From NCBI GenBank assembly GCA_964492825.1, contig CAZBLP010000002.1, positions 1,801-65,800 of the forward strand: 64,000 bases of DNA, given 5' to 3'. Shown piece by piece: positions 63,301-64,000 of this stretch (position 1 is its first letter; each line of letters opens with the position of its first letter). Position numbers and translations under genes: made by a program. The notes beneath the pieces were generated by a model. The model saw nothing but the letters and a program-made list of their open reading frames with translations, had not been told where the DNA came from and ran no database searches. This DNA comes from an uncultured bacterium (GTDB lineage Bacteria; DYJV01).

Positions 63301-63589
63301 TTTCCTGATTTTCTATTCCTTCTCCTTTAAAAGCTTCTTCATTAAGATCTTGCCCCATTTTGCCTTTTTCAGACAATTTTTTTTGTAAAATTGAAGTGGC
63401 ACGATTCAAATTACCTTGAGAAGAACTGCTTTTTGAAAGTCCTTTAAAAGAACTTGAAGAAGAACCAATCCCTTGTGCAGTAGCCCCAGATGAAGTTGTA
63501 GAAGAGGTGAGCCCCTCAGCTGAATTTAAATTTATATATGAAACAGTTACCATAAATATGGTAACAAATATGTATTTTAATAATTTCAT
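60362..63589 (-). CDS. Giant Wza-like polysaccharide export protein with tandem SLBB domains (1075 aa)
   Basis: Signal peptide. Poly_export motif …YILGPGDELFIYIIGG…, then many repeated beta-grasp (SLBB-like) modules. Confidence 0.65.
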   Translation of the reverse strand: MKLLKYIFVTIFMVTVSYINLNSAEGLTSSTTSSGATAQGIGSSSSSFKGLSKSSSSQGNLNRATSILQKKLSEKGKMGQDLNEEAFKGEGIENQEIGKYPSELIEQLKYKKKKNFINGKTNLEISSLEKSFLNRISDKKLKVGQFGYNFFRGRPRLTFSIPVDKNYILGPGDELFIYIIGGTMDSNLSRIRKLVVDREGKIYMPGIGVFYVWGLTLGEAENIISKALSANIKLTVGRLRTFPIYVSGEVNKPGAEMVTGVNTVIDALMMAGGIKKTGTLRDIIITKKQNNKIKKYHIDFYKLLLKGEQIDFRLKDNDVIFVKPIGKTVAIIGKVKRPAIYEIKNETTLKDLINLAGGLLPSSYKLKVSLDRYKENLYIEMKEGSLDNNAFINQKLKDGDIISIKEVINVPQNAVEISGYTTYPGLYEYKREMKLSEILKNDLFFKDSNMNFALIKRQFPTGTNPKYITFSPSEILSNKGDMLLAPADKIFLFKYNFLNLNIKKVKNVVIIKGYIKHPSLFSYKQGLTLSQIFDKTQLNLDTNRKFAVIIRHYPFGLPPKYITFIPEDILNKKKDVPLMPADIVVFYKFGKKDIDFNQIKNVVVLEGETLYPGVYTYKNNMNLSDILNKNIFTLNTDLNYGEIERRDLNNFKITDIIKFNPEKILNNKENITLQKLDVVRLFPRHIFAPIKITGEVEKSIIVPYHFGIKLTDALSKARFLRDLKSLKVEIFREASKNKGKTQLEKAENIKIKAEGSGEMIQKNITSIFLFDLLIAQNNKLNIPLNPGDRLLIKKISKDEVVEKVEIQGYVKRPGIYSISENTTLYEILKQAGGFRDNAYPDGIIFTRESIKEMEQQRLNKAILEMKQEIDKEQAGIMQSDLESTQKNARKQAMDSKRRLLDLMQQTNVNGRISGLIIPEDIEKLKNTISDIYLANGDKIYIPKKPASVLIFGEVYNPSALIRIKDYKVKDYISDAGGLTKDADIENIFVIKPNGAVITSSNIYKGKHWQGRNPTVWGIPFLFSKNIMNYKLDSGDAIIVPLKINVPIFWRPLLRDVMQIIYQSALTTYTVVNLKD

Positions 63590-64000
63590 TAAATTTCCTC
63601 CTGATCTCTGTTTTTAATATTTTCAATCCATTCTAAGAAAAAAACAATAAATACACTTAAAACTAATCCTGTTACAAATGCCACTACTACTATAAGTTTT
63701 CTTTTGGGTTTAAATCTTTTTTCTGGAACATAAGGCGGATCTATGACCTGAAATGCTATCTGCTCTTTCATCTCTTGTGCTTTTGCCATTTCATATTCAT
63801 GGACAAGGGATTGATACAATCCTTGAGCTATTGATATTTCGGATTTTAACTGAAGCAGATTAAATTTTAGTTTAGGAATGGATACAAAATTCGGATTCAT
63901 ACTATTAAGTTTTTTTAAATATTCATCTATTTGATTTTTAATCTTTTTAATTTTTTCCTGCTGTTTTGCAACTTCTTTTTTAGATATATTAAAGTTGGAG
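63589..64000 (-). CDS. Wzz/GumC-like polysaccharide chain-length-determinant protein, C-terminal part. The 5' end is beyond the window edge.
   Basis: The frame is open to the window end. Coiled-coil region, then …IDPPYVPEKRFKPKRKLIVVVAFVTGLVLSVFIVFFL… (C-terminal TM helix of Wzz-family proteins). Confidence 0.55.
   Translation of the reverse strand, partial: SNFNISKKEVAKQQEKIKKIKNQIDEYLKKLNSMNPNFVSIPKLKFNLLQLKSEISIAQGLYQSLVHEYEMAKAQEMKEQIAFQVIDPPYVPEKRFKPKRKLIVVVAFVTGLVLSVFIVFFLEWIENIKNRDQEEI

Overview
Mostly core chromosomal DNA from a visibly AT-rich bacterium (roughly 30% GC by eye). Gene content points to an anaerobe-like organism: hcp, a decahaem cytochrome c, a cobalt ECF transporter, cobD and a MeTr-like pterin methyltransferase. 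The taxon cannot be assigned from sequence alone. The minus strand carries a long run of housekeeping genes (hisG-hisI-gpsA-gyrA, prfB-purA-serA-serC-like, pilMNOPQ-aroK-slyD, hemB). The plus strand carries the rpsF-ssb(priB-like)-rpsR-yybS-rplI ribosomal block and a TRAP transporter. I found no CRISPR array, IS element, integrase or obvious defence genes, and the single tRNA-Thr is not flanked by an island. Points worth a second look follow. 1) The prfB programmed +1 frameshift is intact. The ORF track shows only the post-shift part. 2) aroK is split exactly at an A10 homopolymer. 3) A cobalt/corrinoid-flavoured cluster holds a CbiK-like protein, CbiQ and CbiO but no CbiM, then a [4Cys Fe-S]-DUF3786-like fusion, an extremely His-rich 88-aa protein and CobD. 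4) Three divergent paralogues of the same DUF3786-like domain sit at 7.2, 32.4 and 37.1 kb. 5) A BamD-like TPR lipoprotein is fused to an LptA/OstA-like C-terminal domain. 6) PilQ has a C-terminal SH3b-like extension. 7) A tail-less, PriB-sized SSB sits between rpsF and rpsR. 8) FNR/CRP-type palindromes lie in the hcp / multihaem-cytochrome divergent promoter and upstream of an SDR gene. 9) A Wzz/Wza-like export pair (giant multi-SLBB Wza-like protein) is co-oriented with an 814-aa hyper-acidic secreted protein. 10) A probable outer-membrane-like ORF has an open 5' extension encoding a signal-peptide-like segment but no canonical start codon. All calls rest on motif-level recognition and reading the frames by eye. 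No database searches were run.
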